From: Leucoraja ocellata
Taxonomy: Eukaryota
DNA length: 64,000 bases
NCBI GenBank assembly: GCA_036785375.1
Contig: JAWMAR010000391.1
Span: 1,178,001 to 1,242,000 of the forward strand
Reading direction: 5' to 3'
Shown here piece by piece: positions 36,381 through 50,428 of the stretch. Under the pieces are notes generated by a model. It was not told the origin of the DNA, searched no databases, and saw nothing but the letters and a program-made list of their open reading frames with translations. The translations under genes and the position numbers were made by a program. Positions within the stretch are counted from its first letter, which is position 1. Each line of letters opens with the position of its first letter.

Positions 36381-37271
36381 AATACTGGGACCTTTGGTCA
36401 TGTGATGCAATCAATTAAAGATTTTAGTTGCACATCATTGTGATTTTTAAACAAATAAAAACTACAAAGAAAATTGAAAATGATGATTGTGTTAATATTG
36501 TTAGATTTAGATTTCGGGCATGGTGCACTGTAATTTTTAGGAGTAAATGAAGGTTTTTTTGTATCCAAGTTGAAAAGCTAAGCACAATGCTATTCAAATG
36601 TATATATTTTGAATTGAAAAAAAACCTTCCATTTTTGTGTGGTAATGCAATAATTTATGAAATATGATACAATTTCTTGTATTTCTAATCTGATTGGCAA
36701 GATTGACTTCTAAAGTCAAATTTTAAAATAACATATTTCCACTGTGCTTTGAGACATTGCAAAGTTAAATCCAGAATTATTCCTTTCATTGAAAATTTAT
36801 AAGGCAGAGCAAAGATTTTAAGAGCCTTTTTAATCTATTGAAACTATTCCAATATAGAAGATTGATAAGGAAGGTTAAGAGGGGTAATGGCCAAATGCGA
36901 GCAAACAACACTAGCTTGGATGGGGCAATTTGGTGAGATTGGCCTGTTTCTGTGCTCCGGCTCTATGACAACTGTCTCAACATATAATTAAAATATCTTC
37001 AATAACGTACATGGCAATTTTAGTGTAATCAGATAAACATTATAACTTAGCAAAACATCACAGCAATGTGCAAAATAAGTATTCTATTGAAAGCCATAAA
37101 TTATATAAATTATGAGCATTTGATGTTGCACTCATGTCATATAAATTGATTTTAAAACATTTTTCATATAATTATACTGAAACATGTTTTGCTAGCAGTG
37201 GTTCAAAGTAGATGAACTGCAAAGAAAATAGAGATGGCTTTTTGAAAACAAAACCTTATTTTTAAACTGTT

Positions 37272-37540
37272 TAAGAAGGAACTGCAGATGCTGGAAAATC
37301 GAAGGTACACAAAAAAGCTGGAGAAACTCAGCGTGTGCAGCAGCATCTATGGAGCGAAGGAAAAAGGCAATGTTTCGGGCCGAAACCCTTCTTCAGACTG
37401 ATCGGGGGCGGGGGGGGGGGGGGGGCGGGGAGAAGAAAGGAAAAACGGAGGAGGAGCCCGAAGGCTGGGGGATGGGAGGAGATAGCAGGAGGGCTGAGGA
37501 AGGGGAGGAGGCAGCAAGGACTAACAAAATTGGGACAATT
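37272..37540 (-). mobile_element. Penelope-like 3'/terminal repeat fragment
   Basis: Minus strand has a pyrimidine-rich body, then CAGTCTGAAGAAGGGTTTCGGCCCGAAACATT...AGATGCTGCTGCAC...GCATCTGCAGTTCCTTCTT. Confidence 0.7.
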
Positions 37541-38077
37541 CAATGTTCATTATTTTTTGTTTTTTATTTCATTTATTTCAATGTTCACCTTATTTTTAAA
37601 CCTTTGGTTTGAATATGTGAGGGGAAAGATCATTTTGGGAGAAGCATAGCAGTTGCATGTGCATGTAATTTGCAACTTTTCCTTGAACTGATACAGCATG
37701 GTTGATATTCCATATAAAAGGCCTTCTCATTTGGCTGTTATTACTATACATAGAACACTGTTTCGCCATTTTCATAATAATTCATAGCACAGAGGGAAGC
37801 AATTTAACCCACTGTTATGGTAGTAAATCCTTAATTGGATGTATTGAGTGCAGTCTTTCTCCGTGGAATTTTTTCACATTTATAAATTCAAATTCCCTTT
37901 TAGATAAAACAAAGTATAAACTTTGGTAGTCTATAGTGGTTAAAGATTCCATTTACTAATGGTTGTTTGTGTGGGAAGAAAAACTCTTTCGATATGCCCC
38001 GATAGCCTACTGACGACAGTCCTGACATAACTGATTTACCAAGCAATTAAAAACAATTCAATCTCATGTATAATTTC

Positions 38078-39146
38078 ATAATCCTGACAGACAGGAAGCA
38101 GCATGTGAGGCTGGGAAAGCACTTCTCGGACCCGCAGACCCTCAGCTTAGGAGCACCGCAAGGCAGCGTACTCTCACCCCTCCTTTACTCTCTCTACACC
38201 AACGACTGCACCTCCACAGACTCCTCTGTCAAGTTTCTCAAGTTTGCGGATGACACAACCCTGATTGGACTGATCCAGGATGGGGAGGAATCTGCCTACA
38301 GACAGGAAGTGACACAGCTGGCGTCCTGGTGCCTTTGTAACAACCTGGAGCTCAATGCTCCGAAGACAGTAGAATTGATAGTAGACTTTAGGAGAGCTCC
38401 CCCCTCCCCTCCCCCCCCCCACCCCCTCCCCACTCACCATCAACAACACCACAATCACACCTGCGGAGTCTTTTAAGTTCCTTGGAAACATCATCTCCAA
38501 GGACCTGAAATCATCGACCCCATCATCGATTCCACAGTCAAAAAGGCCCAACAAAGGATGTACTTCCTGCGGCAGCTGAGGAAACACAATCTGCCACAGG
38601 CAATGATGGTCCAATTCTATACTGTGATCGTAGAGTCTGTCCTCACCTTCTCCATCGTGGTCTGGTTTGGCTCAGCCACCAAGCACAACATCCGGAGACT
38701 GCATTCGAATCGTCCGATCAGCTGAGAAGGTTGTTGGCTGCAACCTTCTCCCCATTGACAAACTGTACACTGCAAGGGCCAGGACGTGAGCGGGTAAGAT
38801 CATCTCTGACCCCTCTCACCCTGGCCACAAACTCTTTGAAGCACTTCCCTCTGGAAGGCAACATCGGACTGTCAAAGCCGCCACAGCCAGATATAAAAAC
38901 GGCTGTTTTTCCATGAGTAGTAGCTCTACTCAATAACGAAATGTCTGTAGCCTCATTTTGCCCAGGTATTTTATTTCATTCACATGTTTAAACTGTAATG
39001 TTTTATTATTAATGTTTAATGTTATATGTGTCATTCTTAATTGTTACTGTATGTCGTGTTGTTACTTACGAGCAGAGCACCAAGGCAAATTCCTTGTATG
39101 TGTACATACTTGGCCAATAAACGTATTAATTAATTAATTAATTCAT
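38078..39146 (+). mobile_element. Rex1/Babar-like LINE, 5'-truncated RT fragment
   Basis: GAPQGSVLSPLLYSLYTNDC...KFADDTTLIGLI...NNLELNAPKTVELIVDFRR. Frameshift at a C-run; AATAAA followed by an (ATTA)n tail. Confidence 0.88.
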
Positions 39147-39487
39147 TGTAACATTTTATTGGAAGTTAACCTTGTAAACTTTCATCTCAATTGAGTGAGC
39201 ACATCTTGAATTAGTAACAATTATATGAAATATATGCAGGAAATTATTCATTAGAGAGCCTTTTTGTATATAGCTTGGTTAATGTTCCACTGACAGTCCT
39301 GAAGTGGAATTCAAAATTTTCCTGATCTTATTGACTTTGGTACGATATTCCTGAAAATTCACTGCATGGGTACTTAGAACACTGTTGTTTTCATTGCTTC
39401 AGGTAATTTGCAAATCTGTAATCCATATATCTTCCTTCTGACATGCTAATGTGAATGTATGTGTGTTGTAAAATATAGAACAATTTA

Positions 39488-39803
39488 CAGATACTGCATG
39501 GAAGCAGGCCCTTTGGCCCACCAAGCAAGCCTACACCACCCAATGTTCACACTAGTTCTGTTATCCCACTTTCTCATCCACTCCCCACCCACTAGGGGCA
39601 CTTTATCGCAACCAATTACCCTACACACCCATACATCTTTGGGATGTGGAAGGAACCGGAGCACCCAGAGGAAACGCATGTGGTCACAGGGAGAACACGT
39701 GCAAATTGAAAACGTGGACAGGGAGAACACATACATCACCCAAGGTCAGGATTGAACCCGGGTCTCTGGCACTGATGCAGCAGCTCTACCAGCTGTGCCA
39801 CCC
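39488..39803 (-). mobile_element. HE1-like SINE
   Basis: AGATACTGCATGGAAGCAGGCCCTT...GGTCACAGGGAGAAC...CAGGATTGAACCCGGGTCTCTGGC. Confidence 0.8.
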
Positions 39804-40076
39804 CTAATCTTGGCTGGTTGCTGGGGATAGCAAAACATAGGTGACATCAAAGTTTTTGTTCCCAATTTAGTTTCATAAGGCAGTAACATGCAATTTTATA
39901 AATACCTTGAACAGATTTAAATTGGCAGCAGCATGGTATCATTTTGTTATTAATGGCATGAGATAATAGAAAGCTTAATGTTTTCCAAACTTCAATGTTA
40001 AGTATTGGAATATTTTTAAACCTTTACGTGCACAAAGCTTAAAGCTTTGTATTGCATGGTAAGTGGTATGACTTTG

Positions 40077-41340
40077 TATATGGGTGTTTCTGTAAATTAG
40101 GGTACCAACCTGTGACATGGGTGGCCAATTTTGAAAGTATTAAATTATAACAAAATACCACAGCATTAAAAATGGGCCTACCTATGATCCTTTTGAGCTA
40201 ATTTGTGATCAAAATCGACCACAATTTGAACAAAATTTGAAAAAAAAGAGAAAAAATGTATTTATAAATTAAAAAAAAAAAAAAAATACACATAAATGAG
40301 AAAAATATATAGAAATCTTTCATCGTTTTCGATGTTAATTTACTAGAATTTTGCCCGGAACCAAAAGCATCTGTATGGGAAGGAACATTCTTTCAACCAT
40401 AATACATGGCGTTATCTGGAACCCGATTCCCTTCATTATAGTGCACACACTTTACAACACCATAGCAACAAGCACTGAAAGTTTAACAGAATTTAAATAT
40501 TTCTATAGTAAACTAGAAGCAACATTTACAGGAAAAGAACGAAAAAGTGCAAAAAGGTTTTTACTAACCAATGATTCCAAGCAAAAAAAAAAGTGAACAC
40601 AATGTTCTTCTGAGCTCAGAATGCCCACGACGTGACCATTTGGACACTGTCTCTTATACTGATTTCTAAGCTCACTTGCAAAATGTCAGCACGTAACCCA
40701 CCACGAGGCCCGTAGTTCAGGTCAGGGTCATTACAAACGCGTTGTTTGAATTTCTTTTTTAATCGCACCGAGTGCCAAAAAAATCTTTATATCATCGACG
40801 AGGTCAGAAAACGGGAGGGACAACAGAATTAGACCGATAAAATAGGTGAGCAAACTAGATTTTTATTTCATGATTTTCTATTCATTATTAAGTATTTCAA
40901 TGGAAAGCTTGAACACAGATTATAAACAATTAAAAAGAAACAATAAATATAAAAACAGTTACACTGCCATTAAATCACACTTTTCACATGTGACCAAATG
41001 GGCTGCTACTCGCGTTTTGCTGCAAAAATGTAGGCATCAGAAAACGATCAAATCAGGTGATGAATGATAAAAATCATGAACATAATCAGAATTTGGCTTA
41101 TATAGTTATTTAATTGCAAAATTAATGTGATTCTTCTGGTATAATTTAGCCTAAGGATTTGATGAAATCCTGCTTGAAAAATGTCCTCATTATTTTGGCT
41201 ATACACCATTATCTATACTACTTAAAATACAGGATATGAAACAATGGGATTATTACATTAAAAAAACAGGAAAATAACCTGGAAGTTTGGAGACCTTCAT
41301 TTTCACTACTGAGTGCTGTATTTACGGAAACACCCATATA
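40077..41340. mobile_element. Non-autonomous DNA transposon (about 1.26 kb) with 21-bp TIRs
   Basis: TATATGGGTGTTTCTGTAAAT (40077-40097) and ATTTACGGAAACACCCATATA (41320-41340) are 20/21 inverted. CpG retained in the interior. Confidence 0.75.
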
Positions 41341-42609
41341 ATGAAAACTCAATAGGCAGGCTTACTTGCATTTCTCCTGTTTTAGAAGTGGCATTGTAAC
41401 CTTCCCATATGGTTTACATTTTTAATAGATAAGGACATTGAAATAAAAATAATCGGAACATGTTTTATCTGACCAAAGATATTTGGACCAGAACAGTTAA
41501 AAAAAATGAATTGGGAATGGAACACATTACATTTAAAACAAAGCAATCGATTGTCTTAAAGCTTCAAATCCAGAATTGGTAATGGTAATTGCTGGACTGT
41601 AGTTTTAGCTTGTGATTGGCCTGGATTAATTGTTTACCAGCAAGAAAGATTGTGCTGAAAGCTCCTCTTTCATTTTAAGCTAACTTTGTGTGTGCAGCTG
41701 TTTATGAACAGGGTCCTTGCCTTCTAGATAAGAGGCAGCTTGGAAAGATGGGTCACATGGTTGCCAGAACAAAAACATCCTTCTTTTGCAGTATCATCAA
41801 TTATTTATCCAAAGATTTCTTTACTAAAATTTAAATTATTCAAATGTACAAACTAAACAGTTTTAACCAGGATTATTTTAACTTCATTTCCCACAAATTT
41901 AAGAATTGGTTTGCATTGACAGAATCTGTATTTTAAAACAAAGTCCCAGAATTAATGACCACTAATGACATCATTAACAAATGACCAAACAGAATAACTC
42001 TCGCATTACCCTGTATTAGGCGGAATGATTGCTGTATTGAAATCTGTTGACCACAATTTAAATTGCAATCTTAGAAATACAAAGTACCGCATAGACTGAT
42101 CCTAACAACCCACCTGATGCATGCCAACTGTGATGCCCATCTACACGAATCCACATGCCCCCATATCGCCCTCTTCCTTTCCTTTCCTTTCCAAGTATCC
42201 ATGCATATGCCTTTTAAATGTTGCAGTAGTATCTGCCTCCACTACCTTTCCTTTTCAGCTTCTTGTGTAAAACACACTTCCAATGTCTTTTACATTTCTT
42301 TCCTCTCACCTTCTAGCTCGAGATACGCCAGCCCAGGGAAAAATACTTATCTTTGCCCCTTGTATATCTAGCCTATCCAATCTCTCCTTAACTACAGTCT
42401 TTCATTCAAGGGAATGTTTTTGACAGCCTCTATTACTGATATTGTCTTCCTGTAGTATGACAACCAGAACGGTACACAATGCCCTTAAGTGCGGCACAAC
42501 CAATGTTTATACAGCTGCAACATGACATCTCAAGTCTAATATTCAATGCTCAATTGATTTTTAAATTAACATGAATATATCTTTGTTTTGCAGTTACGTG
42601 GGCTTGAAG

Positions 42610-42669
42610 ATGTCAGAGAATTCCAGCGATAGTGAATCCTCTTGTGGTTGGACCATAATTAACCATGAA
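42610..42669 (+). CDS. CCPG1: CCPG1 first coding exon (contains LIR WTII)
   Basis: MSENSSDSESSCGWTIINHE versus human MSENSSDSDSSCGWTVISHE. Acceptor TTGCAG ends at 42593; donor GAA|GTAAAC. Confidence 0.93.
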
Positions 42670-45600
42670 GTAAACTATTTTTCTCCAGTTTTATCTCTTT
42701 AACTGTATAAATAATACTTAAGCGTGTGTCAATTCGTACCTTTAAAGAACTGAACATTTTTTAAAATAAAAGGAAGAAAAACATTACAATTTTATTGCAC
42801 AAAAAGGAATTTCCTTTGTGTACCAATAATCGTCTCATCATCTCGGTCTTTACTAAATAGATGTGCTATTTTAGTGCATGCAAGTCGAAATGGAAAATAT
42901 TTTCACACTGCCTTTCCAAGTTGGCCATTTTTGTCTTCATAGAGTTGGTGTTGATATTGAAGTCAGGCCAACATTTAACTGACTAAACTTAATTACTGGT
43001 GAGAGGTAATGGGTTACTTTCTTGAACCTCTGCAATCAATGTAAATAAGGTACCTCATTGTGGTGTTAGGTTGTGTCCTCAAAGATTCTGATGGGTAATA
43101 ATAAGGAATTGACAGTATATGATACTGATACCGGGTAGGGTTAGTATGAGGAAGGATAGGACAAGTGCTTTGAACCATGTATTTGTTATTCTTGTCTGGA
43201 TAATAGATGACATCTTATATTTTATACATCTTGCTGTCATGATAGGCAGAGGATGGGGGTTGTAAACATTACACATGTTGCATGAGGTGCCACTGAACCG
43301 ATTGTGAAACTATTGAACCTCTTAAGTGTTGTTAGATTTGCAATTGCAGGTTAGTCAAGAATATTTTGCACTCCTGACTTGTATCTGGTGAATGATTGAA
43401 ATATTAAGGAATATGATGCACTCACTGCAGGACATCCAGTCATGGTTATGATTTTTTTTTACCAACTTTCTGTAATCTCAGCCTCACTTACATCACCTTG
43501 GGAATTCAGATATTTTCTACTTTATGGCGAAATGCTTCCTCTGCCCTAATAACTGAAACTGGGATGCATTCTTCTATCCGTTGGACTGATGAAACCCTTA
43601 CCCAGTGTCAGTACCTCATCACGATACCTCCAATAATTACAATGTGAAATACTTCTGCACCTCCCCAGGCTACTTATTTATCTGTGGATCTATTTACTTC
43701 AGTTTAGTTTAATTACTGGTATTGAAACCAACATTGGAAATTGTACTACATTACCAACTGAAATTAGTAATTTCTTGGAGATATTCTGGATTCACACTAA
43801 GGAAACTTTACAAGAATTCTGAACTGAGGAGACAAATATGTAAGTTGGTGAGTGTCGCTGCCAATGTCTGATTGAAAATGAATACATAATTAAACTAAAT
43901 GGAAGTAAAGAGATCAACAGAAATAGATAATCAGAGATTGAGATTTACAGGTTATCTATGTTCACTAGGATATCTATTTAATCTGTTGTTTCATGTCCCA
44001 CATTCCCAGTTCATCTAGATCCCATTGGAATCTGAGATAGCAGCCACTGTCCACAGCATCACTAATTTTCACAAACTTGACATCCGCCTACAATGTTGTC
44101 ATCCAAATCATTAATATGGATGAAAACAACTATGGACCCAGTACTGATCCCTGAGGCACATCATTGGTCACTGATCATTAATGTGAATAGCAACACACTG
44201 TTTATCTCTCCCCCCATGATAGACAGGCAGAGACACAAACAGACACACAAACTCTTGATTCCTTCCACTAAGCCAAGTTTGTGAATGTCAACCATAAACA
44301 TGGTTGGTGACATCTATTTGTGATTTAGCAGACAGGCAATTCTCTGAAAGTTAAAGAATTGCAAATGCTGAAAAGTTTATTATCTTTTTGCATCCAGCAT
44401 CTGTATTTCTCTGGGGGTTTTCTTTCCCTGTAACCTTGAAAGTGGCCGCTGTGGTTGTGGCTTCATTCCAACAGGACTGTGTGCTGTTCACAATCAGTAT
44501 TTGTAAACATTCCTTTGAAGAAATGTGAAGTGTCTTTGAAAATTTTCTAAACTTAATTTTTGGGCAAGTATTTTTAGCATTATTTTAACTGGGAAAAGAG
44601 GGTGAGGCATTTTTTAAAGCAGTTGGGCAGAAGTTTGATCTGTTCGGCATATCAAGACTTCTGATGAAGGGTCGCAGACTTGAAACAATGATTGTTTCTC
44701 CTTCCATAGCTGCTGCCTGACCTGTTTCTTTTTTTTTGTTTTTTTTCTTCTCACTATTTTAGTGTTTTTGTTTCAGATTTTCAAAATGTTTGATTTTTTT
44801 CATATCAAAATGTGCGGCAGTTTATCTTATAATGCAGAAGATCTATAGGCTCATCGAATTCATGGAAGCTCTCAGCAGACCAACCCGGTCAATCTCATTT
44901 TCCCCCTCCTTTTTTTTCTGTACCCCTTCGATTTTTTTTGTATGCCCAATGAATCTTCTTTAAATCTGTTAGCACTTGCCGACATTAACGGGAAACCTAC
45001 TGTAGCTAATCAACCTGCGGGTGCATTTTTCAGGGTAACCCCCTGGCCACAAACCCCACACAGATAGATAGCATCCAAGGTCAGGATTGAGCCAAGCCCC
45101 TGGAGTTGAGATAGCAAGTGTTAACCACTGCACTACTCTGCCATCTGTTTCAAACCAATCTCTCCAGCTACAGATTACACAAAATGTTGGTAAGAATCTT
45201 ATGTGTATGCACTGCGATATTAAAAAAGCTTAAACCATAAAAGATAGACACACAGCTGAGGATGAGATGTATTGACTACAATATGCAGATGTGGAAATAT
45301 TCTGAATACAACAGATTATGGTGTCCTAAAAAGCTTTTGCAAATATAAAAAAATACAATTAATTTAGAGGAAGTGAGTCACTCTCGTAAAATCAAACTTG
45401 CCAACCGAGGGTCCTGGTACATTTTCAATTCTGGAGCTAAATTTCCAGCTGTTCAGGCCAGTCTGCTGTGCCTAACATTTACATTCTCTGTACTTTTGCA
45501 AACAGTTAAGCTGTGTTAATGAGGTAAGTGGGATATTACCAGATGTGAATCAGGAGGCTGTTTGTGCAACACAAAACAGTACGACACGGGATCAGGCCTT

Positions 45601-47228
45601 TCGGCCCACAATATCTATGCCGACCATGATGTCAAATTAAACTAATCCCTTCTGCCTGCACATGATCAATTTCTCTCCATTATGCCTACTCGTGGCTATC
45701 TTAACAGTATCTTAAACACCACCACCATATCTGCTTCCATCAGCACCCCTGGCTGCCCATTCCTGATACCTGTCGTCCTGACCCCTACCTTACCTTTGCT
45801 CAATTATTTCATAGATTATTCTATGATAGAACAATTTCTTTGCACAGAGGTTCTGGGGTAAACATTTTAAAATCACTTTGGTATGCCCTGATCATTCAAT
45901 AATTTGATAGTCTTGCCCCAATCAATTATTCCGGGCACTCAGTTTATTCAATGTGTTCTGTAAAATGTTAAAGTTCTGTGATGTCTTCCAGTGAATAGAA
46001 ACAAAGTTTCTTTATGTAGACTAAAACATTGATGAGGCATGAGTACATTTCATTTCATGAGTCCAGTGGTAAATAAACCTTTTTTTTCACCTAGTTTTCT
46101 TTACATATTTTTAAGATGTTCAAAAAGTTGATTAAAATAAACACTCTCGAAATTAGTTAATGTATGTTTTTTGCTCATGTTACAAAATAAATTATATATA
46201 AAATTATACACATATTAAGACAAAAATTACCAAAAAAGATAAGAACATTTAGGCAAGGGTGAATTAAATTTTGTGATAGACTCAAGGGTGAATGACACTG
46301 AAATAGTTTAAGAAGCACTGCTATAAACCATCCAATATACTTTGTAGATGCAGCAATTAGATTGTTCATGCTGTGTATATGCTATGGTTAAATATGATTG
46401 TGGTCAATGCTTTTAATATTGTATGTAAATCACAAATCCTCTTCATTTCACATGGCACCCATTTTTAAGTTATTTATAGGAAATGTGTATCATTTATTAT
46501 GTTGATATGCAAAAGAAATACAGGAGAAATGGGAACCACTGGGCTCTTTCACATGATCTTTGACTCTCCAATTACCATGTTTCAGTTTGACTAGTATTTC
46601 AATCATTTGGAAAATTATGGGAAATACTGTTTATCATTTTATTTTTATTCTGGTGTATCTTTACAAATATTTTAGTAAGGAGTTTTCTTAAAGCATCTAT
46701 CACACAGAATGGGGGAGTGGGATCAATTGTCCAGCAGAAGGATTGGACCGACTGAACCTCATGTTTGTGCAATTCAAATCAGAACTAAGATGATGTTTTA
46801 AATTATCTAATTATGATGAGAGAATGTTAAGAAGACTGCTGTTACTATTTTAATGTGTTGCTTAGAAGACTAAATGCACTAAATTATTTTGTGCTGTTCA
46901 TGTACTATATTTATATAGTCTGGGACTTTACTGCTGTATCTTAAAGTATGTTCACCTTATCGCTTAAAGAGTACAAAGTCAGATAATCGTGTGTGACGCA
47001 ACTGATTCTGATTTGGTCGAGTTCTTTGACAATTTGAATATTCCCGTAATTATTGTGTAGTTAAAAATGCTCTCTTGGTAGTAGAAAATCTGAAGGGCTG
47101 TGTAGGTAGAGATTTTTATGAGCATTACATTCAAGCATAGAATATGCATATCATCAAGTTAAGAGTAAACATAACTTTTGGACTTGCTTGAAGTGATACT
47201 TGATAACTGATGATCTTCCTTTGGATAG

Positions 47229-47328
47229 GGTTCTGACGTGGAGGTACTCAATTCGGACAAGGGAGAGGCGGAATGCACTTTGCAGCCTTTAACAAATCAA
47301 CAAGTTGACCAATCATGTGAAATACAAG
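47229..47328 (+). CDS. CCPG1: CCPG1 coding exon 2 (FIR1-like SDVEVL)
   Basis: GSDVEVLNSDKGEAECTLQPLTNQQVDQSCEIQ. TAG acceptor, AAG|GTAAGC donor; 100 nt. Confidence 0.9.
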
Positions 47329-48675
47329 GTAAGCAAAATAGCCAATGGAGATTCTTTTCATTTTCTGCTAAAAAAGTATATATATGCAGGTATGTAAAGC
47401 TTATGAATGCCTAGTTTATAACTCCCACCTCCTTTCTTGAAAGTGGTGCAGTGACTGGGGTTCAATCCCTACCTTGGGTGTTGTCTGAGTGGCGTTTGTG
47501 CGTCAATTTCCTCTCACACCCCAAAAATGTGCAGCTTGATTGACTGCTGTAAATTGTACCCGAGTGTAGGTGAGTGATAGAATCTGAAGGGCAGTGAATG
47601 AAAAATGAAATGGATTAAAATATGATTAGTGTAAAAATGGATGCCTGATGATTGGTGTGGACTCTGACTCAATGACTTCCTTGCCTTGACTTCTCCTGCA
47701 TGGATACAGTTTGTGAACGTTGATAGCCATTGTCATCCTGCTCGGGTGACAGATTACCAGTTTCACAGGCACCAACTAGGTTGTTAGAATTTTGTTGTCT
47801 TGCTAACTAGGATAAGTTAATGGTCAGAAGATGGGTCCCCACCTAATTTGTCCCTTTTGTTTTCCTCTGCAGCCACACCTTCTGACATTAGTCAAAGTTA
47901 AGACAGATTCTGAGTATTTGTTGGTTCAGTGGCTGAGATGTTAAGTTGATGACCATTTTATTCCACTGAGCCTTGTTGCATCAGTCAAAGCTAAATGCTA
48001 GAGAAAAAAACTGTTCAATGATCTGAAGTTTCCACTTCAAATACATGATTTTCCAGTGTAGATTTTTTTTTCCTGCCATAATGGAATCGTTAACTTGTTT
48101 GCTTTCCTTATAGAAACTTTCCCAATTTATAAGTAAAGTCCGTTCAGTTCTATTAAATGGTTAATTTCTATGCTGCTTGGATTAACTGGTTTCCCTTTAA
48201 TCAGATAGAATGTGGAGTCATAGAAGCTCAATTATTTCCCTTTCCTGTTATTCGACCGAGAATTGTTTGATTTATCAAGCACAAGATTTTCCATCTGTAG
48301 TCTGTGGAGGATCATTGACAGCAGCTTTGGGAATTTTGTACTAAACCTCAAGCTTGAAAATCTTTCCATTTTAAGGGGCAATGTTGATGGTTTTGGTGTC
48401 ATTGTAATATTAAAATCTGGACCAGTAAATCAGCTGTGAGTCATTTATTATGGATTTTCTTTAAATGTGAAAGCTAATTTGTATTTGTTGACTCTTGCTA
48501 TGTATCTCTGTAATAGTGTTTTCCTGAAAACTGGCCAGATTGCTGACTCTGGTATAGAGAAGAAATAAACATTGTTGAAATTGCAAAATTACTGTTTCAA
48601 TGACTTAATAGCTTCTTGTTCTTCATAAATTTTTCAAACTTTGCAACATTTTATTCTCTGTAATTTGCTTTGCAG

Positions 48676-48758
48676 CAAAAGACAGCGAGCACATAGAGCC
48701 CAAAGTGGAAAATCTCAGTGCTTCAATTGTGTCTGAGGAAACGGAATTGGTATCTAAG
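48676..48758 (+). CDS. CCPG1: CCPG1 coding exon 3
   Basis: (A)KDSEHIEPKVENLSASIVSEETELVSK. TTGCAG acceptor, AAG|GTGAGC donor; 83 nt. Supplies the phase 1 to 0 change needed between the flanking exons; sequence poorly conserved. Confidence 0.8.
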
Positions 48759-50217
48759 GTGAGCTCCTAGTCAAATTGCCTTTAATGAACTTGCATTTGC
48801 AGTATTCAATTGGATGGTTGGTTGGTAATATCTGGTTACTCTTTAAATAATAAAGTTGGAATCATTAACATTTGTAAAGTGTCGTCAGAAATGTGATTCA
48901 AACATAAAGAAATAATTGGATTGGCTAATTAATTATGAACCCACTGCTTTTCTAATTTACACAAACCTTAATGTTCCTTGTAATATTTGATTTCATCAGA
49001 AATTATTGTGTATATAACCTTTTCGTCACAGCCTTTCTCTTTTGGAGCTATTTTCTTTGGTGTTGGCTTTTGGGGCATTTTCGGTGGCCTAGAAATTCTA
49101 ATGGGTAACACGATGCTTTCTAATTATTAAAAATTTGATGTCTAAACGTGTGAATGCTTAGTATTCTGGATTTTCATTGAATATCCTTGGTGTACAATAT
49201 TGTTTTGTGCAGATGAGACCCAATCAATATCATGGACCAACATGACAAATGATTAGTACAGGTGTCAGAGGTTATAGTGAGAAGACAGGAGAATGGTGTT
49301 AGGAGGGAGAGATAGATCAGTCATGATTGAATGGCAGAGTAGACGTGATGGGCCAAAGGGCCTAATTCTACTCCTATTCCTTATGAACACACTAAAGCAA
49401 ATTTGAGTTGAGATCAGGCCTGCTTTGACATAATTAAAAATGAGGCAACAGGGAGACAGAATTATTCATTTTATCCATTTGCTTCATATTTATCGGTGGA
49501 ACGGTGTGTTCTTGTCACCTGAGCTGTAGAGAAAGCCATTTATGCAGTATGGATTTGAAGGCTAATCTATATTTAAAATTTCAGAGGCAAGAAAATGTGT
49601 TTAATTGATGAATACAGGAGCCAGCTTGCTGCCAAATAATCATTGAAAATGTGGAAAACCTCGGTTGTATTTCATGTTTTTTTTAACTTTCTTATTCAAG
49701 AGGTAAAGATTTATTTGAGATAATCAATAGAGAGGTTTAGGTGCACATCTTCTAACTGGACTGAAAACTATTTTTATCTTGATGTGTTTTTTTCAGCACA
49801 GGATACTATTGAAAATCACTTAATATCTTGAACTCGCAGCCATCTATTTCCAATGCAGTTTTGGAATTCCACTCAACCTTGGGAATCACCTATCGCTTCA
49901 GAAATCAAAGCATTCTAAATTGGATTGGGTTTAAAAAATTGCTATTTTACTGAAAATAGGGTTAACCTCTGGATATAAAACTCTTGGACATTTTGAGGGT
50001 AGACAGTAAAACCTTGTTGAATGCCAAAATCTTTATAATGTATTTCAAATTTACTTGATATAATTTCTGAGAAACATTCCTAATTGTGAAATGTGCACTT
50101 TTGGTGTAGGTTGCATTTTATGGATTTGACTTGCAAAAATAAATTGCCATGAAAACTTAATTTTTCCTTTTTTAAAAACTAACAGGGCACCCTTGTTTCC
50201 ATGTTGTTTTTAACTAG

Positions 50218-50428
50218 GCACCAAAAGAAGAATTGGCTGATGACAGTACTTTTGTTGGTGCAACCAGTGATGATTCAGATATTGTTACCCTTGAGTCACC
50301 ACCTGTGGAAGATCTTCAGACTATTCAAGAAGCAACTGAAGATGCCGAAGCAGAACACATAAATGACGATGAATTGAACCTTGGCTCGTCCTCCAGCAGC
50401 CAGTATACTTTTGCCCCTCCCGAAACAG
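50218..50428 (+). CDS. CCPG1: CCPG1 coding exon 4 (FIR2-like SDDSDIVTL)
   Basis: APKEELADDSTFVGATSDDSDIVTLESPP...LNLGSSSSSQYTFAPPET. TAG acceptor, CAG|GTAAGA donor; 211 nt. Confidence 0.93.

Noticed and set aside
50186-50217. Alternative upstream acceptor (AACAG) for CCPG1 coding exon 4
   Set aside because: Adds 32 nt and shifts the frame. The 50218 acceptor matches homology.
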